NCBI RefSeq assembly: GCF_030684315.1
Contig: NC_081369.1
Coordinates: 2,160,689 to 2,224,688, forward strand
Reading direction: 5' to 3'
From: Stegostoma tigrinum
Taxonomy: Eukaryota
DNA: 64,000 nucleotides
Shown: piece by piece, positions 13,751 through 27,282 of the stretch
Numbering within the stretch: position 1 is the stretch's first letter
How the letters are laid out: each line of letters starts with the position of its first letter
The notes under the pieces: generated by a model
The model's input: only the letters and a program-made list of their open reading frames with translations
Databases searched by the model: none
What the model was told of the DNA's origin: nothing
Program-made: the position numbers and the translations under genes

Positions 13751-16074
13751 GTAAAAAACAAAATACCTGAACAGTACTTCAAGACCTGCCATAGTCCTTA
13801 AAGTGTAATGCTGTTAGGTGAATCGATCTTTGTGAAATGCTAGAGAAAATAATTGAGGTACCAAACATCTTCTCCAGTTCGCCTTTGTTTTTTTTAATTA
13901 AACTATCAGAAATGATGCCATTGTTTTCCCTTCTGGCTGCTACCACACTGTGTCACCCATTATTACACTGTTGAAATGAGTGCTATTTCATTCACTTAAA
14001 TAAAAGGGTCGTTTCAAGTGTTTTCTCCATGGTGGAATTATGTTATGCATTCTATTGAATTTAACAACAGTATCTTTGATGACCTGCTTGGTATTACTGA
14101 CATTTGACTATCTTAGGTAATTAAACTTGTACCTGCATTGGAATATGTAATTTCAGAAATAACAATGGCAGGAGTTCCAAAGGCCTAGACCCTTTGGTGA
14201 TGAAATGTCTAGGCCCGAAACATCAGCTTTCCTGCTCCTAAGATGCTGCTTGGCCTGCTGTGTTCATTCAGCTCTGCACCTTGTTATACCCATCATTGAA
14301 GAACTTGTTTTAATGATTAATAAATAAATGCTGACTGGGCCTCTCTAATTTCAAATATTAGTCAAATATTGATCTTGCTTTGGTGCACCTCCTGTATAGC
14401 CATAACCTTGAATGCTTCTCCCTGTTTAAACACCCAATGACCTGCATGTCCTTATATATTATAATCTGCCTGTTCTGCTCACACAGCAAAACCTAGGTGC
14501 ACATTACAAGAATAAATCAAATCAAAAAAATCAAATAAATATGATTGGAATAATTGGTTTTGATACATGTGTGTAAAGCCACAAACTCCTACAAATCCTA
14601 AGGAATGTAAACATAAGAATTCCATCTGAGGATCAGACCAAAAGACAACAAGTGGCAGTATTGAGAAAAAGTGATGGGGGAGTTTTGAATGAGGGCACAT
14701 ACTTAATAATGAGGAGACAGCATTTAATAATGTAAGACTGAATTTCTCCCTTCAGAGAGTAGTGAATCTCGAGAGTTTTCAACCTCAGAGATTGAGGAGT
14801 TTAATACACTAAAATATTTAAAGTAAAGTGATATGGACCAAGCACAGGCAGGTGGGACTACTTTAGTTCGGAAGCATGGTAGGCGTGGACTCATTGGATC
14901 GAAGGGTCTGTTTACATGCTGCATGACTCTTTGGCACCTTGAGTCTATGACATTTTTGAAACAATGAGAATTTGAGGGCTATGCTGAGCTAGCACAAATG
15001 AGGAATTAAGGCCTGGGGCAGATCAATTAAAATCATACAGCTAACAGAGCAACTTGTGTAGTTGCATGGCATACTCCTACTCCTTTTCTTTATATTGTTT
15101 TACTTTTTTGTTTCCAGCATTCCTCATTTTAGACATATCTTTATATCGTTAGCCAATTTGTATCTCTTCTTTAATTAAATTCATGCTTTCAGTTTGCATC
15201 TAAAGTTGAGGCCCCAGCACTGACAGAACATCTTGCAGCTATTTATAGCTTTCTGACATGAAAATTACATACTTTGTCCCATCTCTGTTCCTGCCAGTCA
15301 GACAGTCTTCTCTCTGTAAACTTATTATAAGCTTAACTGGCAATACTGGAATGCACTTTGGGACTCCACAGTACAACTACTGATTGGTATTTATCAACAT
15401 TTTTATAATATCTCAAAATTTTGAAACAGTTTGAATATCTACACACCCTGCTGCTTGTTTCTTATAACTGATTTCAGCATTTTCCCAATAAAATGTTGAA
15501 GCAAAGTTTAAGAGGCATTAGCAATACTTCAGAAGGATTTAGACAGACAAATAATGGAGAATGGAGAAATATGGATCATATGAGGCAGATGGGCTTCGTT
15601 TAGAATGTCAACATGAATGGTGCAGACATGCTGGGCTGAGGAGCCTTTTGCTGTGCTGTACCTCTCTTTGTAAAATGTGTTGTGGTCATTGGTAGCATGC
15701 TTATTGATTCCCTACTTTCTTGAAGAAAAAGTTTACATTTGTGGTTTGCAATCCACTTTGTGTTTTTCACCATATTAGGAATTTTGTAAGATTGTACAAA
15801 TATATCTAGTTTCTATGTATCCATGTTTTCGAACAGTATGTTGTGGATCCTACCATGAATTAGGCTAATTTGCTTCTGGTAATCTGTGGTGAGGCAGATT
15901 TAATAAATAATTTAGGATTAGAAAATCACTAGAACAGTGGTTCCCAACCTTTTCAGTATCAAGGCACACTTGAGTGGGACAAAAAAATTCCATGGCACGC
16001 CCATTTTTTTCAGTTGATTTGATTGTTCATAAATATTAGATTTACTTGCACTTACAATGGTTAAAAGTAAGCCT

Positions 16075-16775
16075 TGGGTAGTGTTGTAGAAGAGAGAGAG
16101 CGAAGGGTCCAGCTACATACTTCTTTGAAGTTTGCATCACATATAAGCAAATGATTAACAAGGCACTTAGCATGCTTGCCTTCATTGCTCAGACCTATAG
16201 GAGTTTGGACATTATGTTGAGGTTGTACAGGATGTTAGTGAGCTCTCTTCTGGAGTACACTGTCCAGTTCTGGTCACCCTGTTATATGATTATTATTAAG
16301 CTAGAGTTGATTCAGAAGAGTTTTATCAGGATGTTGCTGGGACAGAAGATTTGAGTTATAAGGAGAGGCTGGTAGGCTGGAACTTTTCTCACTGGAGTGC
16401 AGGAGGGTTAAGATGACCTTATGGAGCCTTATAAAATCATGAGGAGTATAGATAAGGTGAATGGTAGGTGTATATTCTCTAGGATGGGGGATTTGAAGAC
16501 CAGGGGTCATATTTGTAGGAGAGGTGAGAAAGATGTAAGACAGACATGAGGGGCAATTCTTTTTTACACAGTGTGTGGGTTCGAGTGTGGAATCAACTTT
16601 CAGATGAAGTGATGCTACAACATTTAAAAGACATTTAGGCAGGTGTATGAATAAAAAAATGTTTGGAGAAATATGGGCCAAGTGCAGGCAGGTGGGACTA
16701 TTTTCGTTTGGAATTATGTTAAGCATAGACTGTTTGGACTGAAGGTTCTCATTCATGCCATATGACTTTATGACT
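16075..16775 (+). mobile_element. CR1-type LINE 3' fragment
   Basis: LLEYTVQFWSPCY peptide and CR1 3' UTR. Confidence 0.75.
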
Positions 16776-17770
16776 TTTTCTCATTGAAAGGTGAAACAAT
16801 CTTGAAGGGCTGAATGTCCTAATTCACCTACATTTTATGGTCTTATGATCTGTGACACCACGTCTAGGAACTTGCCACACTTTGGCCAATCTAAATTCTT
16901 TGTAGTTCGTTTCTCTCTTAGCATTGATCAGCTGGACTTAATTCCATCGGTTTAATCACCAATATTGTACAACTCTTGGGATTTTTATTTCCTTTTTCAC
17001 CTAAAGTGAGGACAGATACAATATACCTGTAAAATGTCTCTGTCATGTTCTTATTTCCTAATATTATTTAATGTTGTCAAACTGTAAAGGACCACAACAT
17101 ATTTAGCAGCCCTAGTTATTATTGGATTGTTTGCTGAACTTCTTACAACTTGTTAGCTTGTTCAAGGTTTCCTGCTTTCCAACTCAAACTTTTCTTCACA
17201 AGTGTTTGAAATTCCCTACCGCTGAGAACTTTTGATCATTCATTGTCGAATCTATTTAAGGCTAAAAAGTTTCACAGAGAACAAAGGGATAGGGTGAGCA
17301 TGGGGAGAAGTTGAGCTGAAGCCATAGACTAGCCATCAGTAAATCAAATATTAGAGTAGATTACAGATGTTATAAAGTAGAGATCAACACCACCAACCCT
17401 CACCTCCCACCGCCGCCCCTCTCAACTGACAACGAAAACTTTTAACTGATTGTAGGGTGACGCAAGCCTTTCTGAGTGTTTCAGAAGTGTGAAAAGTGGT
17501 ATAGCCTGCCTCTCACCACAACCTCCCCCAATCTTTAATAAAGGTATGGTTTAATGAAATAAACTCCTGATACTCACTCTCTCATCAACAAGTAACAATT
17601 TATTTATTTAACTCCAACTGTGAACAAATTAAACTATTAACAAACCAAGCAATTCCCCTTTAACTACCAATTAATTCCAAATAAAACAAGATTTAAGTGA
17701 TATGCTGTTCCAAATAAATACAAATCCCACCTATATTAAATAAAACAATTATAACTTAGCCTGTCTGAGA

Positions 17771-18510
17771 TGTTGTCAGGATAACATCCCATTGATTTCT
17801 ATATTTCTATAAATTAATGTCCCTTATCTGCCTACACATAAGTATGCAGACAATGCCCTAAAACTTCCTGCCCAACTAGAAATTAGGTGTAAAACTTTGT
17901 AACTTCTTACCTTCCTACACATAGGTAAGTGGACACTGCCTTAGGCTTCCTACCTGAATAGAATTAGAGTTAAACTGCAAATCTTTATCTTCCTGCACGG
18001 GGGTATGTGGAAACTGTCTCAAATAAGGTTAAGTGAGGAGCATTTGTATAATGTGAGACTTCTGAAGTATGTAACTTCTGTCTCTGACAAAGGGGCCAGG
18101 GCACTGACTTTTTTTCAAGCCAGACACTTCGGCAACTTGAAATCGCCTCCTGTCATTAGCAGTCACTTCACGAACGGTTGATACTATATCCTGGTCTTGT
18201 TATGTTTTTGATGTAATAACTGTCTTGTATCATGTCTTTGTCTGTTGTAGTAATTGTTTCATGTATCTTACCATTGTGAGATATAAAATTGCTTTATGTA
18301 TTATGCACTTGGGAAAGTATAAAAAACGGAGACTTTCCGCTGCTCGGGGAGAATTGTTGACGAGACTCTGCACTCTGTGCTGGGTTGAGTACAGTGATCC
18401 TCCACAGCTTGTACTTGCTTTGTAATAAAGGATTTGTGTTTTTCTAAACAGGTCAGTACATTGTTATTACATCAAGTCCGTGAGGGTCTCTGAAAACGAA
18501 CCTGACGTCA
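17771..18510 (+). mobile_element. Solo LTR, probably nested in an older LTR-like element (about 17451-19070)
   Basis: Termini TGTTGTCAGG...CCTGACGTCA (imperfect inverted, TG..CA), internal approximately 80-bp tandem units, TATAAAA near 18318 and AATAAA at 18424. No clear TSD. Confidence 0.55.
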
Positions 18511-19268
18511 AAATTACAGCCAGATTACATGTCTTCTGGAATGTTCTGTGACTTCTCCAATGAATTTCCCTGTTAGGAACGCCTTCTCAGTTGAATTCTT
18601 TTGTCAGGAGCATTAACTGCTTGTGCCATAAATATCTTTAATTTAGATGGAACTTACTCTAAACCTTAGAGCATTCTGTGAGAGCCAGTGATTCTTTTAG
18701 AGCTGAGAGGCGTTCTCTTGGCAGATGGTAGTTGGCTGTCCCCTGATTTTCCAAATGCTCTCATCCTTTTCACTCTTGATCACAAATCAATCTCATACAA
18801 CAGGATTGGTCCTATGTTGTCAAAACCATCAGGTTTAAATTTAATTTGTTTTTGGTATCTAAGGGCCTGGTTTCAATTAATTGGCTAAATTCAAATTTGC
18901 TGTCTTGATAACAAGTCCATGGCTTGGTCTGCAAACCATCCAGCCTTTTGGTACAAATGTAATAATTCATGTGCTTTGTGCACCTGCAAATCCCACAAGC
19001 TGCCCACAAACATTGTTTTTTAATCTCCAAGTCTAGAAAAAAAAACACACCATCCTTTAAAGGCACCACAGACTCCTTTCCCCCTATCATTTTATAAACA
19101 TCAATATTTTACAAAGACAAAATTCTAATGCCTTGCATTCTAGTTCACCAGTACTCTACCCAATTTTGCAAAACATAGGCTACATTATTGCTTCCCCTAT
19201 TTCCTGTGCTTTTAGTGAATGGGTTTGTGGGAGGTGGGTAGTCAGGCGAAATTGATATGGAAGATTAT

Positions 19269-19774
19269 TCCAGTTCTGGGCGCCCTATTATAGGAAAGAT
19301 GTGGATGCTTTGGAGAGGGTTCAGAGGAGGTTTACCAGGATGCTGCCTGGACTGGAGGGCTTATCTTATGAAGAGAGGTTGACTGAGCTCGGTCTCTTTT
19401 CATTGGAGAAAAGGAGGAGGAGAGGGGACCTAATTGAGGTATACAAGATAATGAGAGGCATAGATAGAGTCGATAGCCAGAGACTATTTCCCAGGGCAGA
19501 AATGGCTAGCACGAGGGGTCATAGTTTTAAGCTGGTTGGTGGAAAGTATAGAGGGGATGTCAGAGGCAGGTTCTTTACGCAGAGAGTTGTGAGAGCATGG
19601 AATGCGTTGCCAGCAGCAGTTGTGGAAGCAAGGTCATTGGGGTCATTTAAGAGACTGCTGGACATGCATATGGTCACAGAAATTTGAGGGTGCATCCATG
19701 AGGATCAATGGTCGGCACAACATTGTGGGCTGAAGGGCCTGTTCTGTGCTGTACTGTTCTATGTTCTATGTTCT
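19269..19774 (+). mobile_element. Young CR1-type LINE 3' end
   Basis: Uninterrupted 128-aa ORF2 C-terminus (19301-19687) and a (TTCTATG)n tail. Nearly identical to 51557-52060 on the opposite strand. Confidence 0.9.
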
Positions 19775-20614
19775 ATTATGTGGATAAGTGGGTAAATGAT
19801 AGGCAAGTGATCAAGGGTAGATAGTCCAGCTTAACTCACTTGCACAGCAGAGATAGTTGGGTTTAGTCAAATTGTACGTATAACAGGCAATCTGGTCTTT
19901 ATGGAGTAGCCATCAGGTGGTTTATGAGTAATTGTGATGAGTCTGTGACTAGTCAGTGATCAGGGCTATATAAAAACCAAAAGAACTGCAGATGCTATAA
20001 ATCAGGAACGAAAACAAAGTTGCTGGAAAAGCTTAGCAGGTCTGGCAGCATCTGTGGAGAGAGAAAACCGAGTTAACGTTTCAGGTCCGGTGATCCTTCC
20101 TCAGAACGAATCAGGGTTGAGGGCTGATCAGAGCTATGTCAGGTTAGGACAAGGTGGAGTTAGTTTTGTAGATTGGGACAGTTTGATTATTCTTTCTCTG
20201 TTTAGTAAAGCGATTTACTTTAAAAAATATAGTGGATCTGATTTTCATTGCTTGGGCAACTTTTATTGGCCATCACTAATTTTTCCAGTGAAGGTGGCAG
20301 TGAGTAGCTTTTATGATCCATTGCTGCCTACATCATCTGAGGTCATGAACATGACTTTTAAAGAAGAAGGTCCAGGATTTTTACCTCACAACAATGAAGG
20401 AACCATCTCTTTAGTTCCACACCAAGAAGTGAGTTGTTTGGAGAAGAACTTGTGTATTGTGGTATTCCCATGCATCTGTTCTAGTTATCCTTCAAGATGG
20501 TGGTAGGATGGGCTTTGAAAGAGGAGGTACACTAAGGCTATTGGGGGAGCCTTAGTGTATTTCTGCAGTACATTTTGCTGCCAGAAGGAGTGAATTTTTC
20601 TGGATGCATTAGTA

Positions 20615-21530
20615 AATAGGAGCAGGAGTATACCATTTGGTCCTGCAAATCTTCTCTGCCTTTCAACATGATCAAGACTGACCATGCAACTCAGGAACTT
20701 GTTTCCAGTTTATTCCTATAACATTTGATCCCTTAGCCCTCAGAACTGTGTTGAAGTACTTCTTGAAAACATTCAAAGTTTTGACCACTGTCATAGATAA
20801 TTCTACAGGCTCAGCTCTTTCTGGGTTAAAGATATTTCTCCTAATTTCAGTCCAAAATGGCCTATGCCATACCCCTAAACTGTGACCCTGATCCTGAAAG
20901 CCCTGGTCAGCAGAAACACCCTTTCTGTGTTTACCAGTCCAGTCTAGTTAGAAATTTATAGGTTTCTGTCAGGACCATCCCACCATCCTGATTCTTCTTA
21001 GCTCCAAATAGTAAGTTCTTAAGTAACCAGTGTCCCTTCATTCATCAGTCCTACCATCCCATATCTGGTAAATCTTTCTTGCACTCCCTCTATAGCCAGA
21101 ACATCCTTCCTCGGATATGAAGACCAAAACTGCTAACGATGCTCCAAGAGTGATCTCACCAAGGCCTTGTACAATTCCCCAAAGTATCTCTGTTCCTATT
21201 CATGAATCCGCTTGCTATAAAGGCCACCATACCATTTGCCTTCTTAACCGCCTACTGCATCTGCAAGCTTGCCTTCAGTGACTGATGTATAACGACCACA
21301 AGGTCTCATTGCAGGTCTCCCTTTTCCTAATCCATTGGCATTTAGATAATAATCTGCCTCCTTATTTTTGCTACCAAAGTGGATAACCTCACACTTACCC
21401 ACATCATTCTTCATCTGCAATACATTTAACCATCATTCAACTTGTCCAAATCTGAAGCACCTCTGCATCTACAGCTCACCACCACCATTCCCCCCAACCC
21501 CATCCCCGGAATTGTGTCATCTGCATTGAC
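20615..21530 (-). mobile_element. Old CR1-type LINE fragment
   Basis: Degenerate similarity to 11600-12500. Confidence 0.6.
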
Positions 21531-22796
21531 CAATGTGAAGACCAGGGCTCATTTCCTCAAGAGTTACATGGTAATCACTCAGCTAGTACTATGTTAATTT
21601 GATCCATGTGGAACAGGTAGATTGGTCAGCATGAGTTGATGTTGGATTTTACCTTACCTTGTTTCCCTGTGCCCTTGCTACAGAGCTAGTCTATGAATCG
21701 TTGAGTTTGTCAGCTCAGTCTGTGGTGGTGCTCTTGATTTTGGATATTGATGTCTGTTGCCCAGAGCATATGTTGCAGCCCTCAGCCGTTTATAATTAGT
21801 GCTCAACTTGGAGGAACCTGATTCAGCAGTCAAGAGGGTGCATTAAGTGACAATTAGCAAGAGATTTCCTTACCTATGTTTGCCCTGGTGCCAAGAGTTT
21901 TTGTGGGGTCTGAAGTTTACGTTGAGCACTCTCAGGACAACTCCCTCATTGCTGTATGCCACTGTTCCACCATTTCTGGTTGTCATGTTAGTGGGACAAG
22001 ACATGCCAAGAGATGCAGTGGATTTGTTTGGGGCAGATAAATCATGAAGAAAATAATTGGCAATCATCTGCTGACTACACCAGAATCAGGACTCTAACTT
22101 AGATTTGCGAGGCATGTCATATCATCTATTTTGGAATTTATTTTTTCCAGCCCTAAACTGATCCTCTCATGAAACCTTATGTTCAACCTAAAATTCCTGA
22201 ATGTTTGCTAGTACTGATATTAAAAAGATGTGTTTATAGATAACGAGGTCCATCTTTTGTCATTCTTGATTGTTGGAAATAACTATGAAGACCAAATTTG
22301 AATACTTCCACTGTTTAAGAAAGTCATTGGAGTATACTAACTATTTGTAAGATCCTAGAGGAGACATGAACAGCATATACTTACCTCACTATGTACCCTT
22401 TTGTGCAAAGTATGGAACTCTCTGATTTTCAATTCCTGAAGTACTTCTAAAAATAAATTTATAATTGAAAATTAGTTGATGATTGTCAATTTTTGATACA
22501 CTATTGGTTATGGATTCCGGCAACAATAACTGAATAGTACAAGTGATGCAGGATAACAGTATAATTAGCTGAGATTGTGAAACAAACAATCCGCAACTGT
22601 CATTGTGTGATATTGTAGTTTCTGCTTTCTCACATGTAATTATAACCCATTCAGACACTTGTTGTTTACCCATTGAAAAGAAAAACAGCTGATCTTTTTG
22701 AAAGCAACTGAAATTAAGTTTCTGCTGCACATCGCAGCCTCGATGAACACTTTGATCAGATTAGATCAGAAGTCAATTGTGTCTCACTGTGAAGAA

Positions 22797-22890
22797 AGGA
22801 AGTGGCTTTTTGAACGTTTTCGTGTGGGCGAGTTTAAAAGAAAGGGCGCACAATCTGATTGCCTCATGTGATTACACATGAGGCTATTGG
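22797..22890. promoter_or_regulatory. Promoter/enhancer-like motif cluster (ETS AGGAAGTG, inverted E-box palindrome, ATTGG)
   Basis: AGGAAGTG at 22797-22804, GCCTCATGTG-atta-CACATGAGGC at 22861-22884, ATTGG at 22886-22890, and local CpG enrichment. Confidence 0.35.
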
Positions 22891-23009
22891 CTCGATTTAA
22901 CTTTCAGGGTCCTGCAGGATCAATGGAAATTACTGTGCACAGCTTCATGTAAAACTTATAATATTTCTAATCAATTGGGTACTCTGCAGTCTCAATGTTT
23001 TATAAATTG

Positions 23010-24727
23010 TAAATACATCATGGATAATAGGGTAGCTAGTGAGAGAATAGGGCCCCTTAAAAATCAGCAAGGCCATATTTGTGTGGAACCACAGGACTTG
23101 GAGGATATACTAAATGTGCATTTTACAACAATGTTTGCAGTGGAGAAAGATATGGAGGTTAGAGAACTTGGGGAAATAAATAGCAATATCTTGAAAAATG
23201 TCTGTACTACAGAGGAGGAGGTGCTGAATGTCTTAAAATGCATAAAAGTGAATAAGTCCTTGGACCTGATCAGGTTCGCCCTAGAGTTCTGTGGGAAGCT
23301 GGGTAAATGATTTCTGGGCCCCTTGCTGAGATATTTGTGCCATCGATAGCTACAGGTGAGGTGCCTAAAGATTGGAGGTTGTTCAACGTGGTGCCATTAT
23401 TTAAGAAACGTGGTAAGGAAAAGCCAGGGAACTATAGAGTGGTGAGCCTGACATCAGCGGTTTGCAAGTTGTTGGAGAAGATGCTGTGAAACAGGATTTA
23501 CATGTATTTAGAAAGGTAAGGCCTGGTTAGGGATAGTTGACATGGCTTTATGTGTGGAAAAATCATGTCTCACTAACTTGATTGAGTTTTTTTGAAGAAG
23601 TAACCAAGAGAATTGATGCAGACAGAGCAGCGTACGTGACCTGTACGGACTTCAGGAAGGCATTCGACAAAGTTCCTTATGGTAGACTGGTTGGCAAGGT
23701 TAGGTTACATGGAATACAAGGAGAATGAGCCATTTGGACACAGAACAGGCTCAAAGGTAGAAGACAGAGCATGGTGGTGAAGTGTTGCTTTTCAGACTGA
23801 AGGCCTGTGACCAGGAGTGTGCCACAAGGATTGGGGCTACATTCACTTTTGTCATTTATATAAATGAATTGGATATGAACACAGCAGGTATGGTTAGTAA
23901 GTTTTTTGACAATGCCAAAATTGGAGGTGTAATGGATGGTGAAGGAGGTTCCCACAGAGTGCAATGAACCTTGATCAGATGGGCTAACGGGCAGAGGAGT
24001 GGCAGATGGAGTTCAGTTTAGATAAATGTGTGATGCTGCATTTTGAAAGGCAGATCAGGGCAGGACTTACACACTTAATGATGAGATTAATGGCGGTGGT
24101 GCCAAACAAAGAGACCCTGAAGTGCAGGCTCATATTTCCTTGAAAATTGAATCACAGGTAGTCAGCATAGTAAAGAAGGCAGATGGAATGCTTGCCTTTT
24201 ATTGGTCAACACATTGAGTACAGGAGTTGGGATGTCACATTGTTGCTGTGCAGGACATTGGTAGGTCACTTTGGACTCCTGTGTACAGTTCTGGTTCCTC
24301 TGCTATAGGAAGGATGTTGCAAAACTTGAAAGGGTTCAGAAAAGATTTTCAAGGATGTTGCCTGTGTTGAAGGATTTCAACCACAGGGAGAGGCTGAATA
24401 GGCTGGGTCTATTTTCCCTGGAGTGTTGGAGGCTGAGGGCCGACCTCCTACAGGTTTATAAAATTATGAAGGGCATGGAAAAGATTTCCCGGGATGGTGG
24501 AATCCTAATCTAGATCTCACAGTTTAAGGGTGAGAAAGGAAAAATGTAAAAGGGACTTAAGGAGCAACCTTTTCACTCAAAGGGTGGTGCATGTGTGGAG
24601 CGAACTGCAAATGGAAGTCGTGGAGGCTGTACAATTACAAAATTTAAAAAGCAACTGGATGAGTAGGAGGGGTTTGGAGGGATATTGGCCAAGTGCTGGT
24701 AAGAGGGACAAGATTAATTTAGGATTT
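23010..24727 (+). mobile_element. CR1-type LINE fragment, with its 3' end split by the Penelope insertion (resumes 26633-26695)
   Basis: KDWRLFNVVPLFKK..GNYRVVSLTS and CVQFW..LERVQKRF peptides. Confidence 0.85.
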
Positions 24728-26620
24728 GAGATAATGGGAACTGCAGATGCTGGAGATTCCAAGATAATAAAATGTGAGGCTGGATGAACACAGCAGGCCA
24801 AGCAGCATCTCAGGAGCACAAAAGCTGACGTTTCGGGCCTAGACCCTTCATCAGAGAGGGGGATGGGGGGAGGGAACTGGAATAAATAGGGAGAGAGGGG
24901 GAGGCGGACCGAAGATGGAGAGTAAAGAAGATAGGTGGAGAGGGTGTAGGTGGGGAGGTAGGGAGGGGATAGGTCAGTCCAGGGAAGACGGACAGGTCAA
25001 GGAGGTGGGATGAGGTTAGTAGGTAGCTGGGGGTGCGGCTTGGGGTGGGAGGAAGGGATGGGTGAGAGGAAGAACCGGTTAGGGAGGCAGAGACAGGTTG
25101 GACTGGTTTTGGGATGCAGTGGGTGGGGGGGAAGAGCTGGGCTGGTTGTGTGGTGCAGTGGGGGGAGGGGATGAACTGGGCTGGTTTAGGGATGCAGTGG
25201 GGGAAGGGGAGATTTTGAAACTGGTGAAGTCCACATTGATACCATATGGCTGCAGGGTTCCCAGGCGGAATATGAGTTGCTGTTCCTGCAACCTTCGGGT
25301 GGCATCATTGTGGCAGTGCAGGAGGCCCATGATGGACATGTCATCAAGAGAATGGGAGGGGGAGTGGAAATGGTTTGCGACTGGGAGGTGCAGTTGTTTG
25401 TTGCGAACTGAGCGGAGGTGTTCTGCAAAGCGGTCAGATGTCCAAGTTCTTTAAGGACCGCAACTTCCCCCCCACGGTGATTGAGAACACCCTTGACCGC
25501 GTCTCCCGCATTTCCCGCGACACATCCCTCACACCCCGCCCCCGCCACAACCGCCCCAAGAGGATCCCCCTCGTTCTCACACACCACCCTACCAACCTCC
25601 GGATACAACGCATTATCCTCCGACACTTCCGCCATTTACAATCCGACCCCACCACCCAAGACATTTTTCCATCCCCACCCCTGTCTGCTTTCCGGAGAGA
25701 CCACTCTCTCCGTGACTCCCTTGTTCGCTCCACACTGCCCTCCAACCCCACCACACCCGGCACCTTCCCCTGCAACCGCAGGAAACGCTACACTTGTCCC
25801 CACACCTCCTCCCTCACCCCCATCCCAGGCCCCAAGATGACATTCCACATTAAGCAGAGGTTCACCTGCACATCTGCCAATATGGTATACTGCATCCACT
25901 GTACCCGGTGCGGCTTTCTCTACATTGGGGAAACCAAGCGGAGGCTTGGGGACCGCTTTGCAGAACACCTCCGCTCAGTTCGCAACAAACAACTGCACCT
26001 CCCAGTCGCAAACCATTTCCACTCCCCCTCCCATTCTCTTGATGACATGTCCATCATGGGCCTCCTGCACTGCCACAATGATGCCACCCGAAGGTTGCAG
26101 GAACAGCAACTCATATTCCGCCTGGGAACCCTGCAGCCATATGGTATCAATGTGGACTTCACCAGTTTCAAAATCTCCCCTTCCCCCACTGCATCCCTAA
26201 ACCAGCCCAGTTCATCCCCTCCCCCCACTGCACCACACAACCAGCCCAGCTCTTCCCCCCCACCCACTGCATCCCAAAACCAGTCCAACCTGTCTCTGCC
26301 TCCCTAACCGGTTCTTCCTCTCACCCATCCCTTCCTCCCACCCCAAGCCGCACCCCCAGCTACCTACTAACCTCATCCCACCTCCTTGACCTGTCCGTCT
26401 TCCCTGGACTGACCTATCCCCTCCCTACCTCCCCACCTACACCCTCTCCACCTATCTTCTTTACTCTCCATCTTCGGTCCGCCTCCCCCTCTCTCCCTAT
26501 TTATTCCAGTTCCCTCCCCCCATCCCCCTCTCTGATGAAGGGTCTAGGCCCGAAACGTCAGCTTTTGTGCTCCTGAGATGCTGCTTGGCCTGCTGTGTTC
26601 ATCCAGCCTCACATTTTATT
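24728..26620 (+). mobile_element. Young 5'-truncated Penelope-like retroelement (GIY-YIG endonuclease) with inverted terminal arms
   Basis: ORF 25375-26307 contains VYCIHCTRCGFLYIGETKRRLGDRFAEH. 24766-25435 is the reverse complement of 25951-26620. Flanked by the duplication ATTAATTTAGGATTT (24713-24727 and 26618-26632) inside a CR1 3' end. Confidence 0.92.
26529..26562 (+). ncRNA. Minimal type I hammerhead ribozyme motif in a Penelope terminal repeat
   Basis: ct-CTGATGA-aGGGtctaggCCC-GAAAC-GTC-ag: catalytic core CUGANGA/GAAA, stem II GGG/CCC, palindromic ACGT stem III, GUC cleavage triplet. Reverse copy at 24825-24854. Confidence 0.7.
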
Positions 26621-27282
26621 AATTTAGGATTTCATGTCCGCATGGGCAATTTTGACCGAATGGTCTGTTTCCATACTGTACAGCTCTATGACTCTCTGAT
26701 TGTAAATGTCTAAAGCTCACACAAAATAAATCAGTCAGAAACTGATGTTCCTGAATTCCAGCAATATTATATATTTCATTTCATACATATTAACATTGTG
26801 TGAGACAGCTTTCATTGTTTCTTCATTGGTTTTAAAGATTGCTGTGCAATACGAAGCAAAACTTTCAAAGGTTCAAGTTCATTGCACAACCCTAGTGGAT
26901 TTTAAGTCACAGCCAGCAGTCGGTTTTGGGTGATAGCTTGCAATCATTTGGTCTCATTTGTTTGATATGATGGCCAATGGTATTGATTTTACTGAAGTCC
27001 CGACATTACCTCACCACTTATATCAAGGGACAATTGATTCATCTTAGGGGTGTGATCTAAACCCTTAGATTTACTTCTACATCAGATTCTTTGCAATGAC
27101 GTTTTGCTCAAGTTGCAATTTGCTTTTCAGATGTAGTTGTAGGTGTAGTTCATTGATCTAAAAATAAAATCTATTATTGAAAGCATTTCCAGCTGCTTTC
27201 GTCACCATCAGTCAATTTCAGCCTTGCTTTCCGTTATAAATTCCAAAGCTTCAGAGGTATCTTGTCAATTCCATTTCTAAGC

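Noticed and set aside
26175-26290. Approximately 39-bp direct repeats (cccccactgca...aaccagcccag) resembling a CRISPR array
   Set aside because: They are internal tandem repeats of the Penelope element, lack unique spacers and lie in a eukaryotic context.
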